Shown: positions 49,670 to 59,780 of the stretch, in pieces | Numbering within the stretch: the first letter of the stretch is position 1 | Layout of the letters: each line of letters opens with the position of its first letter | From: Polyangiaceae bacterium | Lineage (GTDB): Bacteria; Myxococcota_A; Polyangia; Polyangiales; Polyangiaceae | Direction of reading: 5' to 3' | NCBI GenBank assembly: GCA_050287085.1 | Contig: JBNKBE010000009.1 | Coordinates: forward strand, 32,001-96,000 | Length of the DNA: 64,000 bases | The notes under the pieces: generated by a model | Seen by the model: only the letters and a program-made list of their open reading frames with translations | What the model was told of the DNA's origin: nothing | The model's database searches: none | Position numbers and translations under genes: made by a program

Positions 49670-50269
49670 CTAGCGACAGCTAAGCATGCCCGGCGCCAGG
49701 TGGCAGACGCCGTTGTAGCTCTGCAGGATGGCCCGACCCTTGACCACAACAAAGGTCGTGATGCCACAGTGATGCGTGCCTAGCCGCATCCACGTCGTAC
49801 GTGGGGCGCCCAAATTGCGAGCCACAAGATATCGAATCAGGTTTCCATGGCAGACTACAACGTCGTGCCGAACTCCGCGCACTCCCGATAAGAACGCTCT
49901 TTCGGCACGGAGCACCGACTCTTCACCCGCTTTTCTATCCTTGAGGGGCACCTTGAGGTACGGCACGCGAGTGGGCACGACTTCCCGAAGGAAGCGATGC
50001 GCCCTAGGGCGCTCGGTCTTCAGGAACGTGGGATCCAAGTGCTGCAAGAGCAGGGCCGCAGTCTCGCGAGCTCGCCCGAAATCGCTACAATGGACGTGAG
50101 CTACGGGCCAACGCGCCAGAAAACGCCCGGTGGCGTGGGCTTGCTTTTGGCCCAGTCGCGTCAGTTGTCCTCCCAGAACGCCCTCCTGATGCTCGTACTG
50201 GCCGTGCCGCACCCAGTGCACAACCCGCCCCCACTGAAACGGATCAATCGGCTTTGACGTCTGTGACAT
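49670..50269 (-). CDS. Histidine phosphatase (PGAM5-like)
   Basis: VRHGQY, LT.LG.KQA, SDF.RA.ETA, VCHGNLIRY. Confidence 0.88.
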   Translation of the reverse strand: MSQTSKPIDPFQWGRVVHWVRHGQYEHQEGVLGGQLTRLGQKQAHATGRFLARWPVAHVHCSDFGRARETAALLLQHLDPTFLKTERPRAHRFLREVVPTRVPYLKVPLKDRKAGEESVLRAERAFLSGVRGVRHDVVVCHGNLIRYLVARNLGAPRTTWMRLGTHHCGITTFVVVKGRAILQSYNGVCHLAPGMLSCR

Positions 50270-50364
50270 GGGTGCTGAAGCCTACCATTGCTATCGTGGC
50301 AACCAGGGCTTGGTTTGTGACGTCCAAAAAGAACGGTGGCAAGGCGGTCAAGGCGGTCCCTACG

Positions 50365-51690
50365 CTAACCACCGGCACCGCTCGCCGGCGCTTCGAGTCG
50401 CCGTCCCAAGAATCGTTCCATGACGACGCAGGCGGTTTGATCCCCCGTCACATTGACCACTGTTCGACACATGTCAAGCAAACGGTCAACGCCGAAGATG
50501 AGGGCAATACCGCTCCCCGGAACACCGTTCGACTCCAAAATGCCGGCCAGCACAACGATGCCCACGCCGGGGGTTCCGGGTGTCCCAATCGAGGCCAGAA
50601 TAGCGGTTCCGAGTATCGATAGAACTGCAATTAACGAGGTTTCCACGCCAAAGACCTGCATCAGGAATATCGCCGCCACGGCCTGATAGGCCGCGGTACC
50701 ATCCATGTTCACCGTCGCGCCGAGCGGAACAATAAAACGGCTCACACCTGGACTGACGTTGAGCTTCAGCTCAGCGGTTCGAATGCTGAGTGGCATGACC
50801 GCAGCCGACGAAGATGTCGAGAAAGCCATGAGCTGAAGCTCCCGCACCGCCTTGAAGAACTCGAGCGCGGAACGGCGGGCAAGCCCCAGCAAAACGGCCG
50901 CGTAGAAAAGCACTATCGCCACCAGGGCCAACAAGACGACGCCACTATAGGCGGCGACGCTTATCAGAGCATCGATTCCTACCTGCATCGTGACGTTGGC
51001 CATCATGCCCATCACGCCGAGCGGTGCTAGCTTGAGCGCCCAGCCCACGATCGTCATGATCACTTCCTGGCAAAACTCCAAAGTGGCAATCGACGCCCTA
51101 GCTTGCTCTCCAATACCGTCTTGCCGTTCCTTCAACACGAGAATCGAAGCACCAAAGAAAGCCGCAAGGACTACGATCTGCAACATGTTGGCATGCGTCA
51201 AATCGAAGAATAAACCCGTCGGCAGCAGCCCCTTGATCTGTTGTCTCAAAGACAACTCGACACTGTCGAACGGCACCGCTTCCGCGGTGGCCATGACATG
51301 GTCTCGATAGGCTGGATCGATCTGTGCCCCGGGTTCCAGCAGCAGAGCGAGTCCGGAGCCAATGCTCACTGCCACTGCGGTAGTCATCAGAAAGTAGACA
51401 ACAATCGAGAAGCCAATGCGTCGAACCACGTCCAGGTTGTCGTTGCCCGCGATGCCCAGGGTCACGGCGATGAGCACCAGTGGAACCACCACCATCTTGA
51501 TCCCCCCGATGAAGACATCGCCGGGAATAGCCAAAGCGTCGGCGAGGGGGGGCGGAGCCCCAGCAGAACGCAGCGCAAGACCCACGAGCACGCCGAGTAT
51601 CATGCCAACCAAGACGAACAAGCCGAGACGATTGCCGGACGAGCCGCGCGCGTCACGTGGGGGCGCACCCCGGGTACCGCTCTGAACCAT
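50365..51690 (-). CDS. Dicarboxylate/amino acid:cation symporter (DAACS)
   Basis: KMVVVPLV, AFSTSSSAA, GATVNMDGT, GVDRLLDMCRTVVNVTGD. Confidence 0.95.
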   Translation of the reverse strand: MVQSGTRGAPPRDARGSSGNRLGLFVLVGMILGVLVGLALRSAGAPPPLADALAIPGDVFIGGIKMVVVPLVLIAVTLGIAGNDNLDVVRRIGFSIVVYFLMTTAVAVSIGSGLALLLEPGAQIDPAYRDHVMATAEAVPFDSVELSLRQQIKGLLPTGLFFDLTHANMLQIVVLAAFFGASILVLKERQDGIGEQARASIATLEFCQEVIMTIVGWALKLAPLGVMGMMANVTMQVGIDALISVAAYSGVVLLALVAIVLFYAAVLLGLARRSALEFFKAVRELQLMAFSTSSSAAVMPLSIRTAELKLNVSPGVSRFIVPLGATVNMDGTAAYQAVAAIFLMQVFGVETSLIAVLSILGTAILASIGTPGTPGVGIVVLAGILESNGVPGSGIALIFGVDRLLDMCRTVVNVTGDQTACVVMERFLGRRLEAPASGAGG

Positions 51691-52012
51691 GTCGGCACCT
51701 TAGCCGAGGTGGGCCTAGCTTCCCACCAGGCGCTGCCCCCGGAGCGAGGCGTTTCCGGTCGGCTACCGATTAGGTCGTATGATTCGCGACCGAAGTGACA
51801 AGTCGGCCCATGGGGCGAGAACCCATCGATTCGCCATCGCTTCACCCCAACGGTGAGAATTGTTGATTCGCCGACCGGGAAAAAATTCCAACCAGCTGCC
51901 CGCGCGTCGATAGCCTGCTGAAGTTTGTTTCATTGGATGTGCCGGTCGCTTTGCGCGTTAGCTAGTGTACTGCAGCAGCGTCTGTTTCGGACGTTGAGGA
52001 GCTGAACCTGGA

Positions 52013-53671
52013 ATGAACACCCACCGCACCCTGACCTCCGTTGCTCTTTCGTCGCTCACAACTGTTCTGCCGTTAGCGGTTGTCGTGCCCTTTGCGCTGC
52101 TCGCATGCGGCGGCGCTGAGTCTTCGGCACCGGCTACCTCCGCTGGAGAAACGGGCGTTGGGGCCTCTACCGCGGGCACCGAGGCAACCGCCGGCACTGG
52201 TGGGACCCCCACGGCGGGTGGCACTGCCGGAGCAAATCCCATCGCGGGCGCCGGCGGTACACCCGACAGCGGCACTGGCGGAAACGCTCCAGTGGCAGGA
52301 GCCGGCGGCGTTGGGCCCGACTCGGGTGGAGAGCCCGCCAATGTAGCGGGTGGGTCTGGCCCCGTCACAGAAGGTGGCGCGGGCGGTGGAGCGGTACCCG
52401 GGGAATGCATGATCCTCCCGACGCACGAATTGAGCGAGGCCATTAGCAGCGTGGGTATCGTGACCTTCACGACTGATCTTGCAGCAGTCGAAGAAGGAAG
52501 GATTGAGTTTTGGCTCGACGGGGATGATGACAACAAGCTGGTTGCACCCGTCAATCTAGACGCCGCCAACTACCGCACGCTCCTGCTCGGAATGAAAGGC
52601 GACCGCTACGACTATCACTACCGCGTGGTACTCACGGGTGGCGGCATCACGTGCACCAGCGAAGAAGAGACGATCACGACGGGTGACATCCCGCAAGGGC
52701 TGCCTTTCATCACCGCTACCGCACCCCAGCGGGGAGAGCCCGCAAAGGGCTTCATTCTGACGTCCGGTGGCTTGGGTGGTGGCTTCGGTCCCAGCCAAGG
52801 CGGTGGCGCACCCATCTACATATTCGATACCGATGGCGACCTCGTGTGGTGGGGTTCTGGCGCTCCCCAAGCAGGACGCGCTCACATGGACTGGGACGGC
52901 GAGTGGGTCTATTCGATGACGCTCAACTTTCCGGAGGCGCAGGGCAAGATGGAGCGCCTTTCCATCGACGGCACGGTCAAGGAAGACCTCAACAACATCA
53001 CGCGCGGCCACCACGACTTCACGGTGGCCCCTGGAGGAGTCGTAACGGTTCTGACATGGACGGACACCTGCTGTGCAGTCGTCGAGCGCGCCGCCGACGG
53101 TACGCTGTCTACCGTCGTGCCTGACGTTTCCGCTATCTACGCACCGGCGGGCGGAGGATTCGGCGGCAACGACTGTCACACCAACGCGATCAGCTACCAG
53201 GCGGGGGACGATACCTACGTACTATCGGACAGAAATCCGAACCTCTATGTCAGGATATCGCGTCAGGGCGAATTGCTCTGGCAGCTCGGCGGAAACAATC
53301 CGAAGGGAGAGCACATTGAGGCTACGTGGCAGGTAAATCACGGCCACCACCTCACCCAGAGCGGCCTCATGCTGATCTTCAACAACGGCAATATGGGCGC
53401 CTCTCCCGCCCTTGGGTTCATGCTTGATCAGGAGAACTACACGGCCCAGGAGGTCTTCCGCTACACGTCGAACCAGAACAGCGGCACATTGGGCGACGTT
53501 CAACGCCTGCCCAACGGCAACACGCTCATCACCTATTCGAACCAGGGGATCATGCACGAGGTGGATGCGAATCAGGAACTGATCCGCACCTTCAGCACTG
53601 ATACCGCGTCGTTTGGCTATGCCGAATACCGCGAGACCCTCTACGGTCCTCCCCTCAAGGCCCGCATGTAG
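52013..53671 (+). CDS. Arylsulfotransferase (ASST)-like lipoprotein, second paralog
   Basis: GAGGAG RBS; LLAC lipobox; Gly/Ala linker; RTLLLGMK..YHYRV; HHD, CHTNAI, SDRN, NHGHH, GDVQRLPNGNTLI. Confidence 0.72.
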   Translation: MNTHRTLTSVALSSLTTVLPLAVVVPFALLACGGAESSAPATSAGETGVGASTAGTEATAGTGGTPTAGGTAGANPIAGAGGTPDSGTGGNAPVAGAGGVGPDSGGEPANVAGGSGPVTEGGAGGGAVPGECMILPTHELSEAISSVGIVTFTTDLAAVEEGRIEFWLDGDDDNKLVAPVNLDAANYRTLLLGMKGDRYDYHYRVVLTGGGITCTSEEETITTGDIPQGLPFITATAPQRGEPAKGFILTSGGLGGGFGPSQGGGAPIYIFDTDGDLVWWGSGAPQAGRAHMDWDGEWVYSMTLNFPEAQGKMERLSIDGTVKEDLNNITRGHHDFTVAPGGVVTVLTWTDTCCAVVERAADGTLSTVVPDVSAIYAPAGGGFGGNDCHTNAISYQAGDDTYVLSDRNPNLYVRISRQGELLWQLGGNNPKGEHIEATWQVNHGHHLTQSGLMLIFNNGNMGASPALGFMLDQENYTAQEVFRYTSNQNSGTLGDVQRLPNGNTLITYSNQGIMHEVDANQELIRTFSTDTASFGYAEYRETLYGPPLKARM

Positions 53672-53900
53672 GAGTCGAGCTTGGGCACAACGCCAGCTCG
53701 CATGCAAACGCCGCTTCGCTTTCGGATGCGTCCGCCGCAGCAATACTTGCTAACAGCGGGATCTCGCTGCGGATGCCTCGATCCGCCCTGGTTCGGGGCG
53801 CGGCAATCCTGCATGGCCTTCGTGCGCCGCGCCTGCTAGATTCGTTGCACGGTCTGCACCCAAGTTTCTTCTTTTCTTCCCCTTAGCTCCTAGTCGACTC

Positions 53901-55055
53901 ATGCGCAAAGCGTTCACCCTCCTAGCCTGCTTCCCTCTGTCTCTTGCGTTCGTCACAGCGTGTGGTCCCGAGGATACGCAACAGCCGAACGACACGACCG
54001 GCGGGATGGGCGGGGGCGCTCCAACGACCACGGCCGGCACCGGCGGCGCGGCGGGCTCGGGCGTAGCAGGCTCGGATGCGGCGGGCGCGGGTGGCACGTC
54101 TACCGCTGGCAGCTGCTTAGCGCCGGACGAAACAGGCAAGCTCACGCTCGATGCCCTCGCGGAGAACAACTACTACTTCGTCAGCGATCTCACGGTGGCC
54201 TCCGTCGACGTGATGCCCAACTCCGATCTCACGGTGGATTGGTCAGGCCTGACCAAGGACTTCAACGGCAGGCCCTTGGATCCGATGGCAGACATTCAAA
54301 GCGTCGGACTCTTGGTTTGGAATATGCCGGCGGACGAGTTCCACATGAAACTCAACCAAGATGCGTTGCAGGGCCAGTTCACCTATACCACGCCCCTATT
54401 GGCCTTCACGATGGGCTCCGTGACCTCGGCCAACGTCTTTTCCTTCGTGCCACCCACCGCGATGGACGGAAGCGAAATGCTCGATCCAGAGCAGATTCTG
54501 CCCTTCCTGAGCGCCGAGGACGTAGACCAAGATGCCGTTACCTATACCGTCATGCCGATGGGAGGCACCGCCATTGGACGCGACGTCAAGGCGATCATGC
54601 GCTTCCGCCTCAACCCGGATTCGACCAATACCACAATCAACGTCAGCGATGACTCGACGAGTCTGACCTGGGAAGCTGACCTCGATCGCGGCGCCCCCGT
54701 TCATATCCCTGCAGGCACCAGCAACATCTTGGTCAACTGGCGCCGCACGATGGAAAAGAACGTGCTCGGCAACGATTGGGTTCGTGGCAAGATTTCCGAA
54801 GTGGTCGTGGGCAAGTACCTGATGACTCCGGCCGAGTTGAGCCAGCGCTTTCTGGAGGTTGAAACCCTCGGCGACAAGTTCTTCACGGGAGAGGTCACCG
54901 CCGGAGACGAACTCGAACTGAGCACGCTGACCGACGCCGCAGGCGCGCCCTTTGGCGGAATCGACAGCGAGGGGACGTGGATCCTGGCCCTGCGCTGCGG
55001 GACCTGCGGAAACCCGGCACCCTGGTACGTGTCGGTCCTCAAACCCTGCGAGTAG
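53901..55055 (+). CDS. Hypothetical lipoprotein with C-terminal CxxC
   Basis: FVTAC lipobox; Gly/Ala linker; ends LRCGTCGNPAPWYVSVLKPCE. Confidence 0.8.
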   Translation: MRKAFTLLACFPLSLAFVTACGPEDTQQPNDTTGGMGGGAPTTTAGTGGAAGSGVAGSDAAGAGGTSTAGSCLAPDETGKLTLDALAENNYYFVSDLTVASVDVMPNSDLTVDWSGLTKDFNGRPLDPMADIQSVGLLVWNMPADEFHMKLNQDALQGQFTYTTPLLAFTMGSVTSANVFSFVPPTAMDGSEMLDPEQILPFLSAEDVDQDAVTYTVMPMGGTAIGRDVKAIMRFRLNPDSTNTTINVSDDSTSLTWEADLDRGAPVHIPAGTSNILVNWRRTMEKNVLGNDWVRGKISEVVVGKYLMTPAELSQRFLEVETLGDKFFTGEVTAGDELELSTLTDAAGAPFGGIDSEGTWILALRCGTCGNPAPWYVSVLKPCE

Positions 55056-55260
55056 CCCCAGGCGCTCGCCGTGCGCCCGGGGCGCAACGCGGCTGCCGGG
55101 TGCCCCCTGCCGCCTGCGCCTTCAGCTGACAAACTGCCGAGCCTTGCTTGCGGCCACGCTCGCCGCGCGCTATGCCTTTGCTCGTCGCAAGTGCCCCTAG
55201 TGCGGGTGTGAGCGACGCGAGGTCGGGTGTATCCGTCCCGCAACGCGAAAGGAAAACATA

Positions 55261-57276
55261 ATGATATCCGTGCATCTCCCGGACGGTAGCGTCCGGCAGC
55301 TTGAGGTTGGTGCGTCCGCTCTGGACCTTGCGAGTGCTATCGGTCCCGGCTTGGCAAAAGCCGCTGTAGCCGCAAAGGTCAACGGACAAGTTTGTGATCT
55401 TCGTCAGCCGCTCGCTGACGGCGCCGACGTGGCGCTCCTGACGAAAAAGGACGCCGAAGCGCTGGATGTCCTCCGTCACTCCGCCGCTCACATGATGGCC
55501 GACGCCATCTTGCGCCTATTCCCCAAAGCACAGCTGACGATTGGTCCTGCGATCGAAGATGGCTTCTACTACGACATCTTCCTTCCGGACGGCGAGAAGA
55601 TCACCCCTGATGACTTCCCCAAGCTGGAAGAGGAAATGCGGCGCATCGCCAAAGCCAGCCTGCCCTTCGAGCGCTCCATCGCGACCAGCACGAGCGATGA
55701 AATCTACGCGCGCTACCGCGCCATCGACGGGGGCAACAACCCGTTCAAGGCCGAGCTAGTAGGCGACATTCAGAGCCGCGGAGAGGCGCTGTCGTTCTAC
55801 CGCCACGGCGAGTTCGTAGATTTGTGTCGCGGCCCTCACGTGCCAGATACGGGCTGGCTCAAGCACACCAAACTGACGAAGGTTTCGGGCGCCTATTGGC
55901 GGGCGGACGCCTCGCGCGAACAGCTCGTGCGCGTCTACGGCACGTCCTTCTTTTCGAAGAACGAGCTGCAGGACTATCTGCATGCCGTCGAAGAAGCCAA
56001 GAAGCGCGACCATCGAGTCCTAGGTGAGCAGCTAGGTCTGTTCGTCTTTCGAGAAGACGCGCCTGGCTTTCCCTTCTTCCTGCCGAAAGGCACGGTGCTG
56101 TTCAATCAACTGGCGGATTACATGAGAGGGCTGCTGCGCCGACGTGGCTACCAGGAAGTGAAGACGCCGCTCATCATGAGCGAACAGCTCTGGCATACCT
56201 CGGGTCACTACGACAACTACCTGGAGAATATGTTCTTCACGAAGCTCAAGCTTCGCGATGAACAAGATCCAACTCAGATCAACGACAACGTGCCCGAAGA
56301 GAGGCCCATGGCGGTCAAGCCGATGAACTGCCCGGGCCATCTCATGGTGTACCGCGCGCGTCTGCATAGCCACAACGAGTTCCCGCTGCGCTTCGCGGAA
56401 ATGGGTTTGGTGCATCGTCGGGAGCTCAGCGGCGTGCGCCACGGTCTCTTCCGCGTCCAGTCCTTCACGCAGGACGACGCCCATCACTTCTGCACGCCAG
56501 AGCAGATAGCGAGCGAGGTTGAGATGCTGATCGCCTTCTTCAAGGAGGTGTATGGCGCGTTCGACCTGCACGACGTGCGGGTCGAGTTGTCGACTCGCCC
56601 AGCCAAGAGCATCGGTAGCGACGAGATGTGGGAGCGTGCCGAAGGCGCACTCCGCGAAGCGCTAGAAGGGGTCGGTCTACAATACGTCGTCAATCCGGGT
56701 GATGGCGCCTTCTACGGACCCAAGATCGACTTTCACATCCGGGACGTTCTCAAGCGCTCGTGGCAATGTGGTACAATTCAGCTCGATTTCTCCATGCCGG
56801 AGCGATTTGGGCTGACCTATGTTGGAGCTGACGGCGAACGGCATACGCCCGTGATGTTGCACCGGGCCTGCTATGGCAGCCTCGAACGCTTCATGGGGAT
56901 CATCATAGAAAACTACGCCGGGGCCTTTCCACTCTGGCTCGCTCCAGTTCAGGTCGAGGTGATTCCCGTAAGCGAGAAGTTCGCAGCCTACGCGGAGCAA
57001 GTGACCGGACGCTTGCTCGACGCGGGACTACGTGCCGAAGCCAATCTGGGACCCGACCGCGTAGGCTACAAGATTCGACAGAGCAGCCTACAGAAGATCC
57101 CCTACAGCGTCGTGGTTGGAGAGAAGGAGCAAGCGGCAAATACGCTCGCTGTGCGCTCTCACGCGCGAGGTGAAGTCGGCTCAATGCCCCTGGAAACCTT
57201 TCTGGAGGCACTCGCGGCCGAGCGTCAACCTGGGGGGCGTCCGACGCTGGAGGCAGAAGCCGAACGTTCGAACTAG
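55261..57276 (+). CDS. thrS: Threonine--tRNA ligase
   Basis: TGS domain, RHSAAH, DLCRGPH, RDHR, KPMNCPGH, FTQDDAH, GAFYGPKID, GSLERF. Confidence 0.98.
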   Translation: MISVHLPDGSVRQLEVGASALDLASAIGPGLAKAAVAAKVNGQVCDLRQPLADGADVALLTKKDAEALDVLRHSAAHMMADAILRLFPKAQLTIGPAIEDGFYYDIFLPDGEKITPDDFPKLEEEMRRIAKASLPFERSIATSTSDEIYARYRAIDGGNNPFKAELVGDIQSRGEALSFYRHGEFVDLCRGPHVPDTGWLKHTKLTKVSGAYWRADASREQLVRVYGTSFFSKNELQDYLHAVEEAKKRDHRVLGEQLGLFVFREDAPGFPFFLPKGTVLFNQLADYMRGLLRRRGYQEVKTPLIMSEQLWHTSGHYDNYLENMFFTKLKLRDEQDPTQINDNVPEERPMAVKPMNCPGHLMVYRARLHSHNEFPLRFAEMGLVHRRELSGVRHGLFRVQSFTQDDAHHFCTPEQIASEVEMLIAFFKEVYGAFDLHDVRVELSTRPAKSIGSDEMWERAEGALREALEGVGLQYVVNPGDGAFYGPKIDFHIRDVLKRSWQCGTIQLDFSMPERFGLTYVGADGERHTPVMLHRACYGSLERFMGIIIENYAGAFPLWLAPVQVEVIPVSEKFAAYAEQVTGRLLDAGLRAEANLGPDRVGYKIRQSSLQKIPYSVVVGEKEQAANTLAVRSHARGEVGSMPLETFLEALAAERQPGGRPTLEAEAERSN

Positions 57277-57429
57277 CCGTCGAGCGAGGTCTGGCCGTCC
57301 CGTGGGGCGGCCCCTCCGGACGGTCATGGGGTGTGGGCGCAAGGGCTCGCGACGCTGGCAATGCCCGGTCGAACGGGATACGATGCCGCCCCCGGCCCAC
57401 CGTCCTGCGAACGGTGCCGGTGACACCCC

Positions 57430-59613
57430 ATGAACAACGTTAAGGATAGCCGGCGCGATCCGCGGGCCAAGGTGTTGAGTATGACCGTGCGCTACAAGAG
57501 CGCAACGGTCATGGACTTCGTGGAGAATCACTCCCACGACATCAGCCGCGGCGGCATGTTCATCAAGACGCCGTCGCCATTTCCCCCCGGAACGCTGCTG
57601 AAATTTGAGGTGCGACTCGCGTCCGATCAGCGTGTGCTGATGGGTGTGGGCCGCGTCGCGTGGAAGCGGGAAACTGAGCTCGGCGAGGAGCGTCCCGCAG
57701 GCATGGGCGTCAAGTTCATCAAACTCAACGGAGAAACAGCGGCGCTCATCGACGAATTGCTCGCAGGGCGCGCTGATGAATCCTCAGCGTACGAGCGGGG
57801 CGCTCGTGAACTGGGCGTTCGCTTGTCGCGTCCCCCATCTCTCATGCCTCCGTCCCTCAGCCTGACGCCGGGGCGCTTGAGCCTTCGCCCAAGCGTGCCC
57901 CCCCCTGCCGCTCAGAAGAGCGCTTCCACGCGCCCGGCTGGAGCCACTCGCAGTCAGCCCCCGGGCGTTCCAACCCGCCCTGACGACGAAACACTGATGG
58001 GAGTAGCTCCTCCGCCGGTCGAAACAGCTTCGACCCCTCCCGTGGCGTCAAGGAACAAGACGCTGATGGGACTTCAGTCGGCTCCCGTTCCGCCCCTCGC
58101 TGCCTCACCCTCCGACAGCGCCGGACACACTTTGCTAGGGATAGCCACTGCCGGCATGTTGCCGGCTACGGGGGGCAGCTCGGCCCAAGGCGGCTCTCCG
58201 CAGCCTCCCCGGGACGGGAACGCGCGCTCTGAGCCTGCGCCCTCGCCGTTCGAAGCGGCGGCGCGAAACGCGCCCCCCGAAGAGCCGGCTCGGGCCGATA
58301 GCAACGACGCAGCGGACGATCGGCACGCCCTGGCACCCGCCGAGACGGCGCGTGCTCTGGCGACCAGAGCTCGGGACACGATGCAGCCCGGCAACGAAGC
58401 TGACAACAGCCTCGATGACCAAGCCCCGCTCCGAAGCAGCACACGAGGCTCGGCCGAACAAGCCGAGCCGAAGATGCAGAGCGCAACGGCCGATGACGGT
58501 GCAGCGGCCGATGACAGCGCAACGGCCGATGACAGCGCAACGCTGCAAACGCTTGCGGACGACAGCGCCCCGGAAGAACGAGCGACGCTCCCCACGGGCA
58601 GGCGCGCCGAGACCTTGTTGTCCGAGGCCTCACAGGTAGAGGGCGGACGAAGCAACAAGGGTAAGGGCAAACGGAAGAGCAAGAAGGGCAACAAGCGTCG
58701 CAAACCCAAGTACAACACTCAGGTGCGCGTGGCGGTACGCGCTTCCGATCCTCCCACGCCGGCGCCGGCGCCCAAAGCGCGCAAGGGCGAACCCGACGCA
58801 GTGGTCAGCACGGCGTCCACCAGCCCGCCCCATCGCCTCAAGACTGAAGCCTCCACAAAGCGGGGCCGGCAAGTCAACCAGCCCGCCAAGCAGGAGCGTA
58901 AATCCTCCAAGCTACCCGCCATTGCCCTGGTCGCACTCGTTGCGTTGATTGGCTACGCAATTCTGCGCAGCGGCAAGGAACCCCCGCTCTCCCGCGAGCC
59001 CTCCCCCGCAGCAAAGCCAGCGACACCCCAATCTCCCAATGCGGTCCAGCCACGCGATCCGCCCACAAGGGCCGAGCCAGCGGTCGTAGATCCCAACCCC
59101 GCACCCTCAGAAAACCCCTCCCCGAGCAGCAGCCCGGTCGGGACGGTCGCGGCGCCCAGTGATACCCTTGAGGCCATCCAACCAGCGACCGACGATGCCG
59201 CAACGCAGGCGCCTGTCCCCGGCGATGACGTGGCGAATGCATCCGACGACCTGGCCGGAGGAGAGCCGTCCGATGGGGCAGAGCCTTCGACGCTGGAAGC
59301 GCAGGCAGCGGCTGAACGCGCAGAAGCCAGAGCTCGCTATCGACATTGGAAAGCGCGTCGTGAGGCGGCTGAAGTTGCGCAACGCGAAGCTGAAGCCGCG
59401 CAGGCCGCAGCCAACGCTCAAGATACGGCCGCCGCCGCGACCACAACGGGCGCTCCCACGGCCAGCGATGTCGCAACTGGCGAAGTGCGCAATGCCGCAC
59501 CCCACGGGAGCATGGCAACGGCGCCGAGCGCCGCAACAAGCCCGACAGCCGCACCCCCGCAAGACAGCGTCGCACCTGCACCTGCACCTGCGCCAAGCGC
59601 CGGCACACCCTAG
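57430..59613 (+). CDS. TIGR02266-type PilZ-domain membrane protein
   Basis: RRDPR, DISRGGMFI, GMGVKF; long disordered region; single TM helix AIALVALVALIGYAIL. Confidence 0.88.
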   Translation: MNNVKDSRRDPRAKVLSMTVRYKSATVMDFVENHSHDISRGGMFIKTPSPFPPGTLLKFEVRLASDQRVLMGVGRVAWKRETELGEERPAGMGVKFIKLNGETAALIDELLAGRADESSAYERGARELGVRLSRPPSLMPPSLSLTPGRLSLRPSVPPPAAQKSASTRPAGATRSQPPGVPTRPDDETLMGVAPPPVETASTPPVASRNKTLMGLQSAPVPPLAASPSDSAGHTLLGIATAGMLPATGGSSAQGGSPQPPRDGNARSEPAPSPFEAAARNAPPEEPARADSNDAADDRHALAPAETARALATRARDTMQPGNEADNSLDDQAPLRSSTRGSAEQAEPKMQSATADDGAAADDSATADDSATLQTLADDSAPEERATLPTGRRAETLLSEASQVEGGRSNKGKGKRKSKKGNKRRKPKYNTQVRVAVRASDPPTPAPAPKARKGEPDAVVSTASTSPPHRLKTEASTKRGRQVNQPAKQERKSSKLPAIALVALVALIGYAILRSGKEPPLSREPSPAAKPATPQSPNAVQPRDPPTRAEPAVVDPNPAPSENPSPSSSPVGTVAAPSDTLEAIQPATDDAATQAPVPGDDVANASDDLAGGEPSDGAEPSTLEAQAAAERAEARARYRHWKARREAAEVAQREAEAAQAAANAQDTAAAATTTGAPTASDVATGEVRNAAPHGSMATAPSAATSPTAAPPQDSVAPAPAPAPSAGTP
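58480..58542 (+). repeat. In-frame 18-bp tandem repeat (about 3.5 copies; SATADD/GAAADD)
   Basis: AGCGCAACGGCCGATGAC, GGTGCAGCGGCCGATGAC, AGCGCAACGGCCGATGAC, AGCGCAACG. Confidence 0.85.
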
Positions 59614-59780
59614 AGGCATGGCCCCAGCAGGCCTCACGTCCACTCATCAACACCGCCGCCGTTGTGGCGACGGCCGGTGCGCTGACGCTTGACGTCAGAA
59701 GCTGCCACCGAGAACCTCAGCCGTTCTCACCGGCCCTAGGCTTCTCGCCTACCCCCAACACGGCGCCGCGCTCGACTTGT

